64,000 bases of DNA, taken from NCBI GenBank assembly GCA_964371305.1, contig CAYJLA010000002.1, positions 6,236-70,235 of the forward strand. Reading direction: 5' to 3'. The position numbers were made by a program, and so were the translations under genes. Within the stretch, counting starts at the first letter, position 1, and every line of letters begins with the position of its first letter. Positions 10,196 through 19,627 of this stretch are shown piece by piece. The notes under the pieces were generated by a model. The model had not been told where the DNA came from. It did no database searches and worked only from the letters and a program-made list of their open reading frames with translations. The DNA comes from an uncultured Staphylococcaceae bacterium. Its GTDB lineage: Bacteria; Bacillota_I; Bacilli_A; RFN20; CAG-826.

Positions 10196-11902
10196 ATGTT
10201 TGATTTTATGAAAGAGTTTGATAAGTGGAAGAAATACTCATTAGAGGACGCTGACTTAATTAAAGAAATTGAAAATCTTAACGAAGTAGATAAAATAAAA
10301 GAACGTTTTATTAAAGATTTAGAGTTTGGTACTGCTGGTTTACGCGGGGAAATCGGTGTAGGCACAAATAGAATGAATATTTACGTTGTTAGAAGAACAA
10401 CACAAGCTCTTGCTGACTATGTTAATGAAAATTATACACAACCAAGTGTTTCCATTGCATATGATTCACGACATAAATCCGATTTATTCTCTAAAGAAGC
10501 TGCAAAAGTGCTTGTGGCTAACGGGATTAGAGTTTATTTGTATGATCGTTTAATGCCGACACCTTTATTATCTTGGGCAGTTAGATATTTTGAGTCTTCT
10601 GCAGGAATAATGATTACTGCATCACATAATCCAAGACAATATAATGGGTATAAAGCATACGACAATAATGGTTGTCAAATTGGCGAAGAAATTGCAAATG
10701 ATATACTTGCTCGCATTTCAAAATTAGATACGCTTAATAGCGCTAAAATAAAAGATTTTGATGAAGCAATTAAAGATGGTAGTATCACATACATAAATCA
10801 AAAATGTATTGAAGATTATTATTCATATTGTAAAGGTTTAATGTTTGATAACAATAAGACTAAAAATATTAAAATAGTTTATTCTGCTATGAATGGGTGT
10901 GGATATGAACCGGTGACAAAGTTATTTGACCAACTAAACTATAAAAACGTAGATATAGTAAAAGAGCAAGCGCATCCAGATGGAGATTTTACAACTGCAA
11001 ATTATCCAAATCCAGAAACAAAAGAAGCCATGTCGCTTGGTATGAAATATCAAAGGGAACTCAATAGTGATATATTCCTTGCAACGGATCCAGATTGTGA
11101 TAGATGCAACGCCAGTATAATGCATAACGACGAAATAGTTTTATTAAATGGAAATCAAATTGGAATAGTTTTATTTAATTATATCTATAATAGGCGTTTA
11201 GAGGCGAAAACTTTACCTAGTAAACCGTTTATCGTAAAAACAATTGTATCGACTGATTTGGTGTCTTTAATTGCGAAAAAACGTGGTGTGGAAGTTATTG
11301 AAACACTCACAGGGTTTAAATATATTGGTGAGGCGATTGAAGATTCAATTATTGACGGTCAAGGAAGAGAGTTTATATTCGGTTTTGAAGAATCGATTGG
11401 GTTTTTATCTGGAACGCAAGTAAGAGATAAAGACGCTGTTAATTCTACATTATTAATTGCTGAAGCCGCTCAATACTATAAAGACCAAAATAAAACATTT
11501 ATCGATGTATTGGATGAACTATATAAAGAATTTGGCTATCACATTTCTCATACAGAAGCATTTAGTTTTCCTGGGCTAGATGGAATGAAAAAAATGGACG
11601 CTATTATCGATGCTTTTAGGAATAAATTTATTAATAGTGTAATGGATTTAGAAGCGTATGAAGATTATTTAACTTCCAAAAAATATTATAGAGATGGACA
11701 TAGCGAAGATATAAATTTACCTAAATCAAATGTCTTATCATTTTACTTTAAGGGTTGCAATAGAGTGTTAGTAAGGCCATCAGGCACAGAACCTAAACTA
11801 AAAATATACTTTATGGCGTGTGGTGAAAACCTAACTAGCGCTAACGAAGCATTGAACCACTATAAAACAATATTTGAAAATATTGTTAAAACATTTAGTT
11901 AA
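10196..11902 (+). CDS. pgcA: phosphoglucomutase / phosphomannomutase family phospho-sugar mutase
   Basis: GTAGLRG, TASHNP active-site serine loop, 568 aa; AAAGGAG RBS. Confidence 0.85.
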   Translation: MFDFMKEFDKWKKYSLEDADLIKEIENLNEVDKIKERFIKDLEFGTAGLRGEIGVGTNRMNIYVVRRTTQALADYVNENYTQPSVSIAYDSRHKSDLFSKEAAKVLVANGIRVYLYDRLMPTPLLSWAVRYFESSAGIMITASHNPRQYNGYKAYDNNGCQIGEEIANDILARISKLDTLNSAKIKDFDEAIKDGSITYINQKCIEDYYSYCKGLMFDNNKTKNIKIVYSAMNGCGYEPVTKLFDQLNYKNVDIVKEQAHPDGDFTTANYPNPETKEAMSLGMKYQRELNSDIFLATDPDCDRCNASIMHNDEIVLLNGNQIGIVLFNYIYNRRLEAKTLPSKPFIVKTIVSTDLVSLIAKKRGVEVIETLTGFKYIGEAIEDSIIDGQGREFIFGFEESIGFLSGTQVRDKDAVNSTLLIAEAAQYYKDQNKTFIDVLDELYKEFGYHISHTEAFSFPGLDGMKKMDAIIDAFRNKFINSVMDLEAYEDYLTSKKYYRDGHSEDINLPKSNVLSFYFKGCNRVLVRPSGTEPKLKIYFMACGENLTSANEALNHYKTIFENIVKTFS

Positions 11903-13820
11903 GAGATAACTCTTTGTTATAAATATTTATTTGAGAATCTAAATCTAAAGTTTCAAATTGAGACATGTATAATTCATAGTACTTGTCTCTTTTTTTCATT
12001 AAGTCAACATGGCTTCCATCTTCAATGATTTGTCCTTTTTCCAACAAGAGTATGCGGTCAGAGTTAATTATTGTTGAAAGTCTATGTGCAATAACAATAG
12101 AAGTTCTTCCAACAAGAATTTCTTTAATGGCATTTTGTATTTGAGTTTCGCTTTCTTGGTCTATGCTACTAGTTGCTTCATCTAAGATTAGTATTTGTGG
12201 ATCACGTATAATAGCTCTTGCAAAAGAAACTAATTGTTTTTGTCCAACGCTTAATTTACTTCCATGATCTTTTATAGAAGTTTCATATCCGTCAGGCTGA
12301 TTCACAATGAAGTCGTGTATTCCGACTATTTTTGCAGCTTTAATAACTTCTTCTTTTGTAGCATTTGGTTTTCCATAAGCAATATTATCAAAATATGTTC
12401 CACTAAATAAAACAGGAGTTTGTTGAACGTATGCAACGTTACTTCTTAATTGACCAACAGACATATCTTTAATAGAAGTACCATCAATTGAAATAAGTCC
12501 TTTTTGAATGTCATAAAATCTACATAGTAAATTAACAAGAGTCGTTTTACCACTTCCAGTTGTGCCAACAATAGCCATGGATGAATGAGATTTAATTGAT
12601 AAGTTAAAGTTTCTAAATATATTTATGTTTTCTACATAGTTAAAGTCAACATCCTTAAATTCAATGTCTCCATTCATCTTAGTGTGTAGTTCAGATTTTG
12701 GTGCGAATATTGAACCATATTTATTAATGACTTCCTCGCTATCAACAATTGCAGGTTTTGTGTCAAATAATGTAAGTAGTTTTTCTGCACTTGCTTGTGC
12801 TGTAACAAATGAAGCATTGATTTCTGATAAAGTCGCAATAGACATATATACTGTTTTTGAAAAACCAATAAATAAAACAAGATTCGCTATTTCGTCAGCA
12901 GCACTTACTCCGCCTCCCGTAATAGTAAACCATGCAACTAAAACAATTAATGCATTAGTTAAACCAGCAACTATTTCAACCGTTGGTCTAAAAAACGCTC
13001 TTGTATTGTAACCTTTTCTCAGACTAACTCTCATATTCTCAGTAATCTCTGCACATTCGTCAAAACATTTTTCTTCAATCGAAAGTGTTTTGATTGTTGC
13101 AATACCATTAATGCATTCGCTTACCCATCTAATAAAATTGCTATAGTTATTTCTCGCAGTTCTAAAATGCTTAAGCATTGTACGCTTAAGTAATGGCGAA
13201 ACAATAATAATCACTGGAGATAAACTAAATGCAATTAATCCAAGTTGCCATGAAACAGAGAACATTGTTATTGCAATGAATGCAATGTCGGCCATTATCC
13301 ATACGAAATGAATTGCAGAGTGTGCAAATATTTCGGCAACGGTCGAAGCATCACTTTGAAGTCTAGCTATTATCCAACCTGCAGGTGTAGTATCGAAATA
13401 GGAGTATGATAAAGTTTGAATGTGTTTAAAACCCTCATATCTAATTGATCTAGTTATGTGAATTTCAAGTTTAAACATGTATTTAAAAGATAAGAATATA
13501 AAAAAGCATTTAAAAATCATTGAACCAACCAAAATTCCTGCAAAACCCCATAAATTTATTCGAAAATTGATTCCAAATATCAAATTGACATTGATTATAA
13601 AGTCATCAATTCCTGTACTTAATGCTAGTGCATCTTCTAAAGATTTAATAGCAGAATTTAATAGCATTGGATTCAATGATGAATCATAAAATGCAGTTAC
13701 TAATAAACCGAAAATGCATATTAAAATATATGGCCATTTTTGCATGGCAAAATGGGCAACTCTAATGTAAGGCCTTAAGTTTAATTTACCTAGTTTGGTG
13801 TCTAAATCTTCTCTATACAT
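11895..13820 (-). CDS. ABC transporter permease/ATP-binding protein (type I exporter half)
   Basis: 6 TM N-terminal domain + Walker A GTTGSGKTT, LSVGQKQ signature, ILILDEATSSID Walker B. Confidence 0.85.
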   Translation of the reverse strand: MYREDLDTKLGKLNLRPYIRVAHFAMQKWPYILICIFGLLVTAFYDSSLNPMLLNSAIKSLEDALALSTGIDDFIINVNLIFGINFRINLWGFAGILVGSMIFKCFFIFLSFKYMFKLEIHITRSIRYEGFKHIQTLSYSYFDTTPAGWIIARLQSDASTVAEIFAHSAIHFVWIMADIAFIAITMFSVSWQLGLIAFSLSPVIIIVSPLLKRTMLKHFRTARNNYSNFIRWVSECINGIATIKTLSIEEKCFDECAEITENMRVSLRKGYNTRAFFRPTVEIVAGLTNALIVLVAWFTITGGGVSAADEIANLVLFIGFSKTVYMSIATLSEINASFVTAQASAEKLLTLFDTKPAIVDSEEVINKYGSIFAPKSELHTKMNGDIEFKDVDFNYVENINIFRNFNLSIKSHSSMAIVGTTGSGKTTLVNLLCRFYDIQKGLISIDGTSIKDMSVGQLRSNVAYVQQTPVLFSGTYFDNIAYGKPNATKEEVIKAAKIVGIHDFIVNQPDGYETSIKDHGSKLSVGQKQLVSFARAIIRDPQILILDEATSSIDQESETQIQNAIKEILVGRTSIVIAHRLSTIINSDRILLLEKGQIIEDGSHVDLMKKRDKYYELYMSQFETLDLDSQINIYNKELSLN

Positions 13821-13832
13821 ATTAATCCTTTA

Positions 13833-15617
13833 TTAAATCCTTGATTGCGCTTTGTATACCTTAGCGTAAAGTTTATTATTTTGAAGTAGTTGCTCATGAG
13901 TTCCTAATTCACTAATAACGCCATTATCTAAAACAACTATTTTATCAGCATCTTTTGCAGTAATCGACCTCTGAGTAATTATAATTGTTGTTGCCTCTTT
14001 TTTATGATTTTTGAGTGATGTTCTAATCATTAAATCGGTTTTTGCATCAACTGCACTTAAAGAGTCATCAAATATAATAATAGGAGAATTTTTTAATATC
14101 GTTCTTGCCATTGCGAGTCGTTGCTTTTGTCCTCCTGATAATGTAATTCCTTTTTCACCAATTTGAGTTTGGTAACCCTCAGCAAACTCAGTGATTGAAC
14201 TATGTACTTGAGTAATATTTGTAGCTTTATATATTTCTTCTAATTCAATATTGTTGTTCATAATTTTTAAGTTATCGTGAACTGATCTTGAGAATAAAAA
14301 TGGCTCTTGTAAAACGGTTGAAATATTATTTCTTAAGTGTTTTTTAGAAATATCTTTTATGTTTATATCATCTATAAATATATCCCCATCACTTACTTCA
14401 TATAAACGCGTAAGAAGGTGTGCTAATGTTGATTTACCTGAACCAGTTCTACCCATAATAGCAATAGTTTCTCCGGGCTGTATAATAAGGTTCAAGCCAT
14501 TTAGAAAATATTTATTATCATCAGAAAACATGTATTTAGCATTTTTAAATTCAATTTTACCAGCTATGATAGGAGTTTTACCACTATCAATATCTTCCTT
14601 CGGGCAATCAAACAACTCATTCATTCTATCAACAGAAACTTGGGCTCTTGCATATTCAGTAAGTGAAGAAGCTGTATCGCGAATTGGCCATACAATAAGC
14701 GTTGCAAAAGTAGTTGAAATAGCAAGCGTTCCAAGTGAAATTACACCTGTTAAGGTTAAATAAATTGCAACAATTTCAACAAGAATCACTTCTGCAAATA
14801 TAAATAAATCGTTAGTTCCAGCAAATAGCGCTCTAACATGTGCCCATTTTAGGAACTTACTAGAATAATCATCTAAAGATTTGTCAAAGGCTTCAAGCTC
14901 CTTTTGTTCGTTATTATACGCTTTAATAAGACGAATCGAATTAAGTGAATCATCAATTTTATCTGTTACTATACTTTCGGATTCATCAACTTTACGATAA
15001 AGTTTCTTCACTTTCTTCATCGTGTAATAGGCTTGGATAAATAAAAACGGGACTAGCACAATAGTTGAAACGGCAATAACCCAATTGGTCAGCATTAAAA
15101 TAGTAAATGAGCAAATAAATATAAAAAGTGTGTATGTTGTAGCGATAAATCTTTGCACAATAAAGTTTCTAAGTACAGTTTCATCTCTCATGCATACTTG
15201 AAGAAGGTCACCATTTTTTCTTGTTTTTAAAAACTCATATGGAAGGCGCTCTATGTGATAAAACAGCTTTAGTTTTGCGTTCACTGAAATTGTTGAATCT
15301 ATTTTTCCAACTAATGTCATTCTTATTATATTAGTTATGGCGAGTAAAACTGCAAAAACAACGACCCCAACTGCTAGGATCCATTGATTGTTTAATATAA
15401 AATCAGTACCACCTAATAATGAAATAACAAACATACCTATTATCCCTTGCTTGTCTGGATATACAATATCTCCAGTAAATGAATCAACAACAACTTTTGT
15501 CATAAATGTAGATAACAAGGTTAACAATACAAAAACGAATAGCAAAATTATCTGCGCTAGGAATACCTTCCTGCATCCCTTTGTTAAATCATACATAAAA
15601 GAAAAATAACGTTTCAT
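13833..15617 (-). CDS. ABC transporter permease/ATP-binding protein (type I exporter half, partner of 11895..13820)
   Basis: TM domain + GRTGSGKST Walker A, LSGGQKQR signature, IIIFDDSLSAVD. Confidence 0.85.
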   Translation of the reverse strand: MKRYFSFMYDLTKGCRKVFLAQIILLFVFVLLTLLSTFMTKVVVDSFTGDIVYPDKQGIIGMFVISLLGGTDFILNNQWILAVGVVVFAVLLAITNIIRMTLVGKIDSTISVNAKLKLFYHIERLPYEFLKTRKNGDLLQVCMRDETVLRNFIVQRFIATTYTLFIFICSFTILMLTNWVIAVSTIVLVPFLFIQAYYTMKKVKKLYRKVDESESIVTDKIDDSLNSIRLIKAYNNEQKELEAFDKSLDDYSSKFLKWAHVRALFAGTNDLFIFAEVILVEIVAIYLTLTGVISLGTLAISTTFATLIVWPIRDTASSLTEYARAQVSVDRMNELFDCPKEDIDSGKTPIIAGKIEFKNAKYMFSDDNKYFLNGLNLIIQPGETIAIMGRTGSGKSTLAHLLTRLYEVSDGDIFIDDINIKDISKKHLRNNISTVLQEPFLFSRSVHDNLKIMNNNIELEEIYKATNITQVHSSITEFAEGYQTQIGEKGITLSGGQKQRLAMARTILKNSPIIIFDDSLSAVDAKTDLMIRTSLKNHKKEATTIIITQRSITAKDADKIVVLDNGVISELGTHEQLLQNNKLYAKVYKAQSRI

Positions 15618-15719
15618 ACAAATGTTATTTTAGTACTATTACCAATTTAATCAAGATTTATTAATATTAATTTTAAATTAAAACTTTATTTGACAATAAC
15701 GAAGTTATATAATTATTTT

Positions 15720-16478
15720 ATGAATAAGTTATTTTTTGGACTGACTGCGTTAATTATTGTTTCTTTAACTTCCTGTGGAACATACTATGGAAGAAGCATT
15801 ACACATGACGAATTTAAAAGTTTGTTACAAAAACAAAGAACGACATTTTATGATTTGGAGAAAATACCACCTGAGGGCGGTTACTTGTTTGAAGAGGTTA
15901 TACAATCGGAAACGGATGAAACACTTAATTACAAACATAAATTGCATACTGCTTATTCCAATACAACATCAAAACTCATGTACACATATGAACAACACGA
16001 TAGGTATGGAAAAAATAATGATACAATTACTAAAACTTGGCGATATGTAAATGATGACAATAAATTTGTAACAGCTGTTAGTCATGAAAATAGTGACATG
16101 ATTATAAAACGGTATTGGGAAATTGGAAATTACGATGAAAATTATGTTCGAGAAGCTTTTAAAATTGAATTGACTCGTTTTTATAATACTTTGATTGAGC
16201 ATGTTGACAATACAAATAGCACAAAGTCGCATGCAAAAGCTGAACATTATGTAAATGGATTATCCGCATATTCTTTTCTTGAATATACAAATTCTAGTAA
16301 ATATAGTGTTGAGGCAGAAATCACATCTTCTTCACCATCTAAAATTGAAATTAAAAGTACTGATAATGATGGAGCAACCTCTACAGAAAAGCACGAATAT
16401 TATTATCAAAATGTTGCTATAAATTTACCTGACTTATCAACATATGCAATGGATTTAGGTGGTTATGTTCCAGAATAA
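15720..16478 (+). CDS. hypothetical lipoprotein
   Basis: MNKLFFGLTALIIVSLTSCG lipobox; ORF-track start 15690 is a TTG; ATG 15720 preferred. Confidence 0.6.
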   Translation: MNKLFFGLTALIIVSLTSCGTYYGRSITHDEFKSLLQKQRTTFYDLEKIPPEGGYLFEEVIQSETDETLNYKHKLHTAYSNTTSKLMYTYEQHDRYGKNNDTITKTWRYVNDDNKFVTAVSHENSDMIIKRYWEIGNYDENYVREAFKIELTRFYNTLIEHVDNTNSTKSHAKAEHYVNGLSAYSFLEYTNSSKYSVEAEITSSSPSKIEIKSTDNDGATSTEKHEYYYQNVAINLPDLSTYAMDLGGYVPE

Positions 16479-17019
16479 CACGCGCAAGCATGAAATAATT
16501 AGATTTGTTATTATTGGTCTACTAGCAACTGCTATAGACTATATATTTTATTCTTTAACATCTTTTTTGCTAACAACTGCAGGAATGGAATCAAGTTCTA
16601 TTTGGGTTACTGTGATATGTACGACCGTTGGTTTTACAATATCAGTTATAGTTAATTATTTATTATCTGTTTCATTCGTTTTCAAATATGCAATGAAAGT
16701 AGAAAAAAACAAAACAAGTATTCATTTTTTAACTTTTATTGTATTAGCATTAGTTGGTCTATTTATTGGTATTGGTATAATGCTTGCGTTTAAATATTCT
16801 ATTTTACCAACTGGTATAGATATAGATGCATGGGCAACACCTGAACTACAACCTGGAGAAAACTGGTTAGTTGCTATTTTATCGACCCCTACATTATATT
16901 TATTTACTCTTGCTTTTGCAGTCAAAACATTGCTTGTTATGGTATTTAATTATGTAAGTAGAAAGAAGTTGTTGTTTAAAGAAATAACAAATGTTGAAAA
17001 TGAAAACAGTACAGTTTAA
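16459..17019 (+). CDS. GtrA family membrane protein
   Basis: RFVIIGLLATAIDYIFY... 4-TM GtrA-like pattern; start ambiguous (GTG 16459 inside AGGTGG, ATG 16465); overlaps upstream gene by 20 nt. Confidence 0.6.
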   Translation: MVMFQNNTRKHEIIRFVIIGLLATAIDYIFYSLTSFLLTTAGMESSSIWVTVICTTVGFTISVIVNYLLSVSFVFKYAMKVEKNKTSIHFLTFIVLALVGLFIGIGIMLAFKYSILPTGIDIDAWATPELQPGENWLVAILSTPTLYLFTLAFAVKTLLVMVFNYVSRKKLLFKEITNVENENSTV

Positions 17020-17581
17020 AAATATATTTTACGATGTTTGCAAGATATTAAACGAAAATGAGATCCTTGCTAGATATGTTGTTGAATTAAAAGGGAAAAA
17101 AGTCGTTTTTGTTTATCACAAACATTTTAATGACTATTTATCTGATTTAAAAAAATTAAAAAAATATGGAATACAAATTCCTAAAATTATTAAAATAGAT
17201 AAAAAAAGCAATTTAATCATTCAAGAACATATTGATGGAATTAGTGTATTCGATTTATTAAAGAATGAAGACTTAGGTGATAAAGTTTTCAATGAAATAT
17301 TTATGATTTATAAGTTTTGTCGTTTTTCAAATATTAACCTAGACTATTCTCCTGATAATTATTTATTTGATGGAAAACGTTTATTTTATACATCTAATTA
17401 TTATGGCGTATTTGAACAAGATGAATCTTTTGAAGATAAGGGCATTTATTATTGGTTATATGGTAAAATATATACTAAGTTGTTGATTGAGCGTGGTTTT
17501 GAAATTAATAAAACTCGATTATTGACCGACCAGGAAGCTAGAAAAAAAGCCATAACAACAGCATTGCTGTATTGGCAGTAG
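16991..17581 (+). CDS. small atypical protein-kinase-fold protein (Bud32/Kdo-kinase/RIO-like, putative)
   Basis: 196 aa; VVFVYHK (beta3 Lys?), IQEHIDG hinge-like, NINLDYSPDNYLF catalytic-loop-like D-x4-N; no canonical DFG; overlaps GtrA gene end. Confidence 0.35.
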   Translation: MLKMKTVQFKNIFYDVCKILNENEILARYVVELKGKKVVFVYHKHFNDYLSDLKKLKKYGIQIPKIIKIDKKSNLIIQEHIDGISVFDLLKNEDLGDKVFNEIFMIYKFCRFSNINLDYSPDNYLFDGKRLFYTSNYYGVFEQDESFEDKGIYYWLYGKIYTKLLIERGFEINKTRLLTDQEARKKAITTALLYWQ

Positions 17582-17587
17582 GAAATT

Positions 17588-18541
17588 ATGAAAGAAAACA
17601 CGATATTATTTGGATTAAATGCGAATAAGACTATAACTAAAGAAGTGTCCAATATTTTAGGCATGGAACTTGGAAAAGTTGATATTTTAAGATTCAATGA
17701 CGGTGAAATTATAACTAAAATTATTAGTCCAGTCAGAAAAAAAGATGTATTTGTGATTCAATCAACATCTGCCCCAGCAAATGATCATATAATTGAGTTA
17801 TTATTATTTATCGATGCTTTAAAAAGAGCTGATGCACACACTGTAAGTGTTATAATCCCATATTTTGGTTACTCAAGGCAAGATAGAATTGCCTCTCCAG
17901 GCGAACCTATATCTGCAAAGATGATAGCGAATATGCTTACTAGCGCTGGTATTGATAGAGTCGTTTCAATAGATTTACATACATCTCAAATTCAAGGCTT
18001 TTTCTCATGTCCTGTTAACGATTTGTCTGCGATTCCATTATTTGCTCAATATCTTAGTAAATTTTTAGAGAATAATAGTGTTAAATTAAGCGATGTAGCT
18101 GTTGTTTCGCCAGATCACGGTTCAATAAATAGAGCTAGAGATTTAGCAACTTTATTGCCTGAATCGCAATTAGTAATTGTAGACAAAAGAAGACCTAAAC
18201 CTAATGAAGTTGAAATTACTAAGTTAGTCGGAAATGTAAAGGATAAAGTTTGTATTATAATTGACGATATTGTTGATACTGCTCAAACTTCTATCAATTC
18301 AGCAAGAGAATTAAAGAATCATGGTGCTAAAATCGTTATACTTGCTGCGACACATGCTGTTTTTGATAATAAATCTTTAAACGATATATTTAGTAGTGAC
18401 ATTTCTACGCTGGTCGTTACAAACACAATAGAAAAGCAAATTGATTCAAGAGTAATATATTTATCTGTTTCCGAAATGATTGCTGATGTAGTTAGTAAAA
18501 TTATGAATAATCATATAATTGATGATTATAGCGTCAAATAG
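17588..18541 (+). CDS. prs: ribose-phosphate pyrophosphokinase (PRPP synthetase)
   Basis: Full-length Prs pattern incl. PRPP-binding loop; 317 aa. Confidence 0.9.
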   Translation: MKENTILFGLNANKTITKEVSNILGMELGKVDILRFNDGEIITKIISPVRKKDVFVIQSTSAPANDHIIELLLFIDALKRADAHTVSVIIPYFGYSRQDRIASPGEPISAKMIANMLTSAGIDRVVSIDLHTSQIQGFFSCPVNDLSAIPLFAQYLSKFLENNSVKLSDVAVVSPDHGSINRARDLATLLPESQLVIVDKRRPKPNEVEITKLVGNVKDKVCIIIDDIVDTAQTSINSARELKNHGAKIVILAATHAVFDNKSLNDIFSSDISTLVVTNTIEKQIDSRVIYLSVSEMIADVVSKIMNNHIIDDYSVK

Positions 18542-18645
18542 TATGAAGAAATCTATGCTTACAAAAAAAGAAGTAATAATATTTGCAATATGTCTTGTAT
18601 TATTGATAGTATTGAGTGTTATGAGTTTTGTCATAACATTCTAAA

Positions 18646-18685
18646 CTGTGTTGCCCTTGCCTCACCACAGTAAAAAAACAAGGAG
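18646..18685 (+). promoter_or_regulatory. candidate preQ1-I riboswitch (H-type pseudoknot) controlling queT translation
   Basis: P1 CUGUG(18646-50)/CACAG(18666-70), 15-nt loop containing CCUUG that can pair with CAAGG of the A-rich tail UAAAAAAACAAGGAG which carries the SD; closely resembles T. tengcongensis preQ1 aptamer tail ...AACAAAACAAGG. Confidence 0.55.
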
Positions 18686-18691
18686 AATAAA

Positions 18692-19198
18692 ATGAATAAT
18701 AGAGATTTTGTTCGCAATGTCGTTACAAATGGCGTTATTGCGGCGTTGTATTTTACAATTACAGCACTTACAGTAGGTATATCCTTTTTAGGAATTCAGT
18801 TTAGATTTGCTGAAATACTGGTACTGTTGTGCTTTTTTAATAAAAAATATATTGTAGGAATAACAATTGGCACAATGCTCGCTAATACTCTTTCACCAAT
18901 CACCATGTACTGGGATATGTTATTTGGAACACTTGCAACTGTGATTTCATGCTTGTGCATCATGTATTCTAAACAATTGCTTGTTGCGCTAATTTTCCCA
19001 ATAGTATTTAATGCCTTTATAGTCGGTGCTGAATTATACTACATTATGCAGTTGCCATTCTGGATTAATGTTGGTTATGTAGCTCTTGGTCAAACAGTTG
19101 TACTTGCGATCGGATATATTGTATATATGACAACTATGAAACAGCCATACTTCCAAAAAACTATTGGCGCTGACCAAAATTTAGAATTCAAATTTTAA
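18692..19198 (+). CDS. queT: QueT family queuosine-precursor transporter (putative)
   Basis: 168 aa, 5-6 TM small membrane protein immediately downstream of preQ1-like element; same locus as tgt/queA/queH. Confidence 0.55.
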   Translation: MNNRDFVRNVVTNGVIAALYFTITALTVGISFLGIQFRFAEILVLLCFFNKKYIVGITIGTMLANTLSPITMYWDMLFGTLATVISCLCIMYSKQLLVALIFPIVFNAFIVGAELYYIMQLPFWINVGYVALGQTVVLAIGYIVYMTTMKQPYFQKTIGADQNLEFKF

Positions 19199-19289
19199 TG
19201 TAAATATTTTTATATAACTAATTGCTCTTTTTTCTTTAAACGTGATAATTACGAGATTATTTCTTGATTAATAAGTTTTTATCTTTTTA

Positions 19290-19336
19290 CAAATATGTGC
19301 AATGTATTTGCAATGCACATATTTGTAAAGTATAAT
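19290..19336 (+). promoter_or_regulatory. sigma-A promoter (TTGCAA-17-TATAAT) embedded in a perfect 12-bp inverted repeat operator CAAATATGTGCA-N12-TGCACATATTTG
   Basis: -35 19308-19313, -10 19331-19336; IR arms 19290-19301 and 19314-19325; directly upstream of antitoxin gene. Confidence 0.6.
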
Positions 19337-19353
19337 GAAAATAGGTGAAATTT

Positions 19354-19608
19354 ATGAAAACAAAAAATATAACATTAAGAATTGATGAAGACATAAAAGA
19401 AAAGGCTGATGCACTTTTTAAAGAACTTGGTATGAGTATTAATACAGCATTTAACCTATTCTTAAAACAAAGTATAAGAAACCAAGCATTTCCTTTTCCA
19501 ATAACTAAGAAGGCGCAAGAAATCGCTATGATAGAAAATGATGATACAGAACTTGATTTGACCGAAACATTCAAATCACTTCAAGCGATGAAGAAAAAAA
19601 GTAAATAG
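19354..19608 (+). CDS. RelB/DinJ family antitoxin (ribbon-helix-helix)
   Basis: NITLRIDEDIKEKADALFKELGMSINTAFNLFLKQ classic DinJ/RelB N-terminus; AGGTGA RBS 5 nt before ATG 19354 (ORF-track start 19345 is GTG within RBS). Confidence 0.7.
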   Translation: MKTKNITLRIDEDIKEKADALFKELGMSINTAFNLFLKQSIRNQAFPFPITKKAQEIAMIENDDTELDLTETFKSLQAMKKKSK

Positions 19609-19627
19609 TTATGTTATAATAAAATAA

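Noticed and set aside
12664-13011. Antisense ORFs inside the ABC transporter genes (12664..13011, 12674..12880, 13477..13689, 14359..14763, 15388..15609)
   Set aside because: Fully embedded opposite well-supported ABC transporter CDSs; no RBS; typical shadow ORFs.
15690-15719. ORF-track start at 15690 for the lipoprotein
   Set aside because: Codon is TTG with no SD; in-frame ATG at 15720 gives a canonical signal peptide length.
15655-15725. TTGACA hexamer at 15689-15694 as -35 of the lipoprotein promoter
   Set aside because: Only 10-12 nt from the nearest TATAAT-like hexamer and 26 nt from the start codon; spacing incompatible.
19287-19574. Minus-strand 95-aa ORF overlapping the antitoxin gene
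   Set aside because: Overlaps the well-supported RelB/DinJ CDS and its promoter; hydrophobic low-complexity product.
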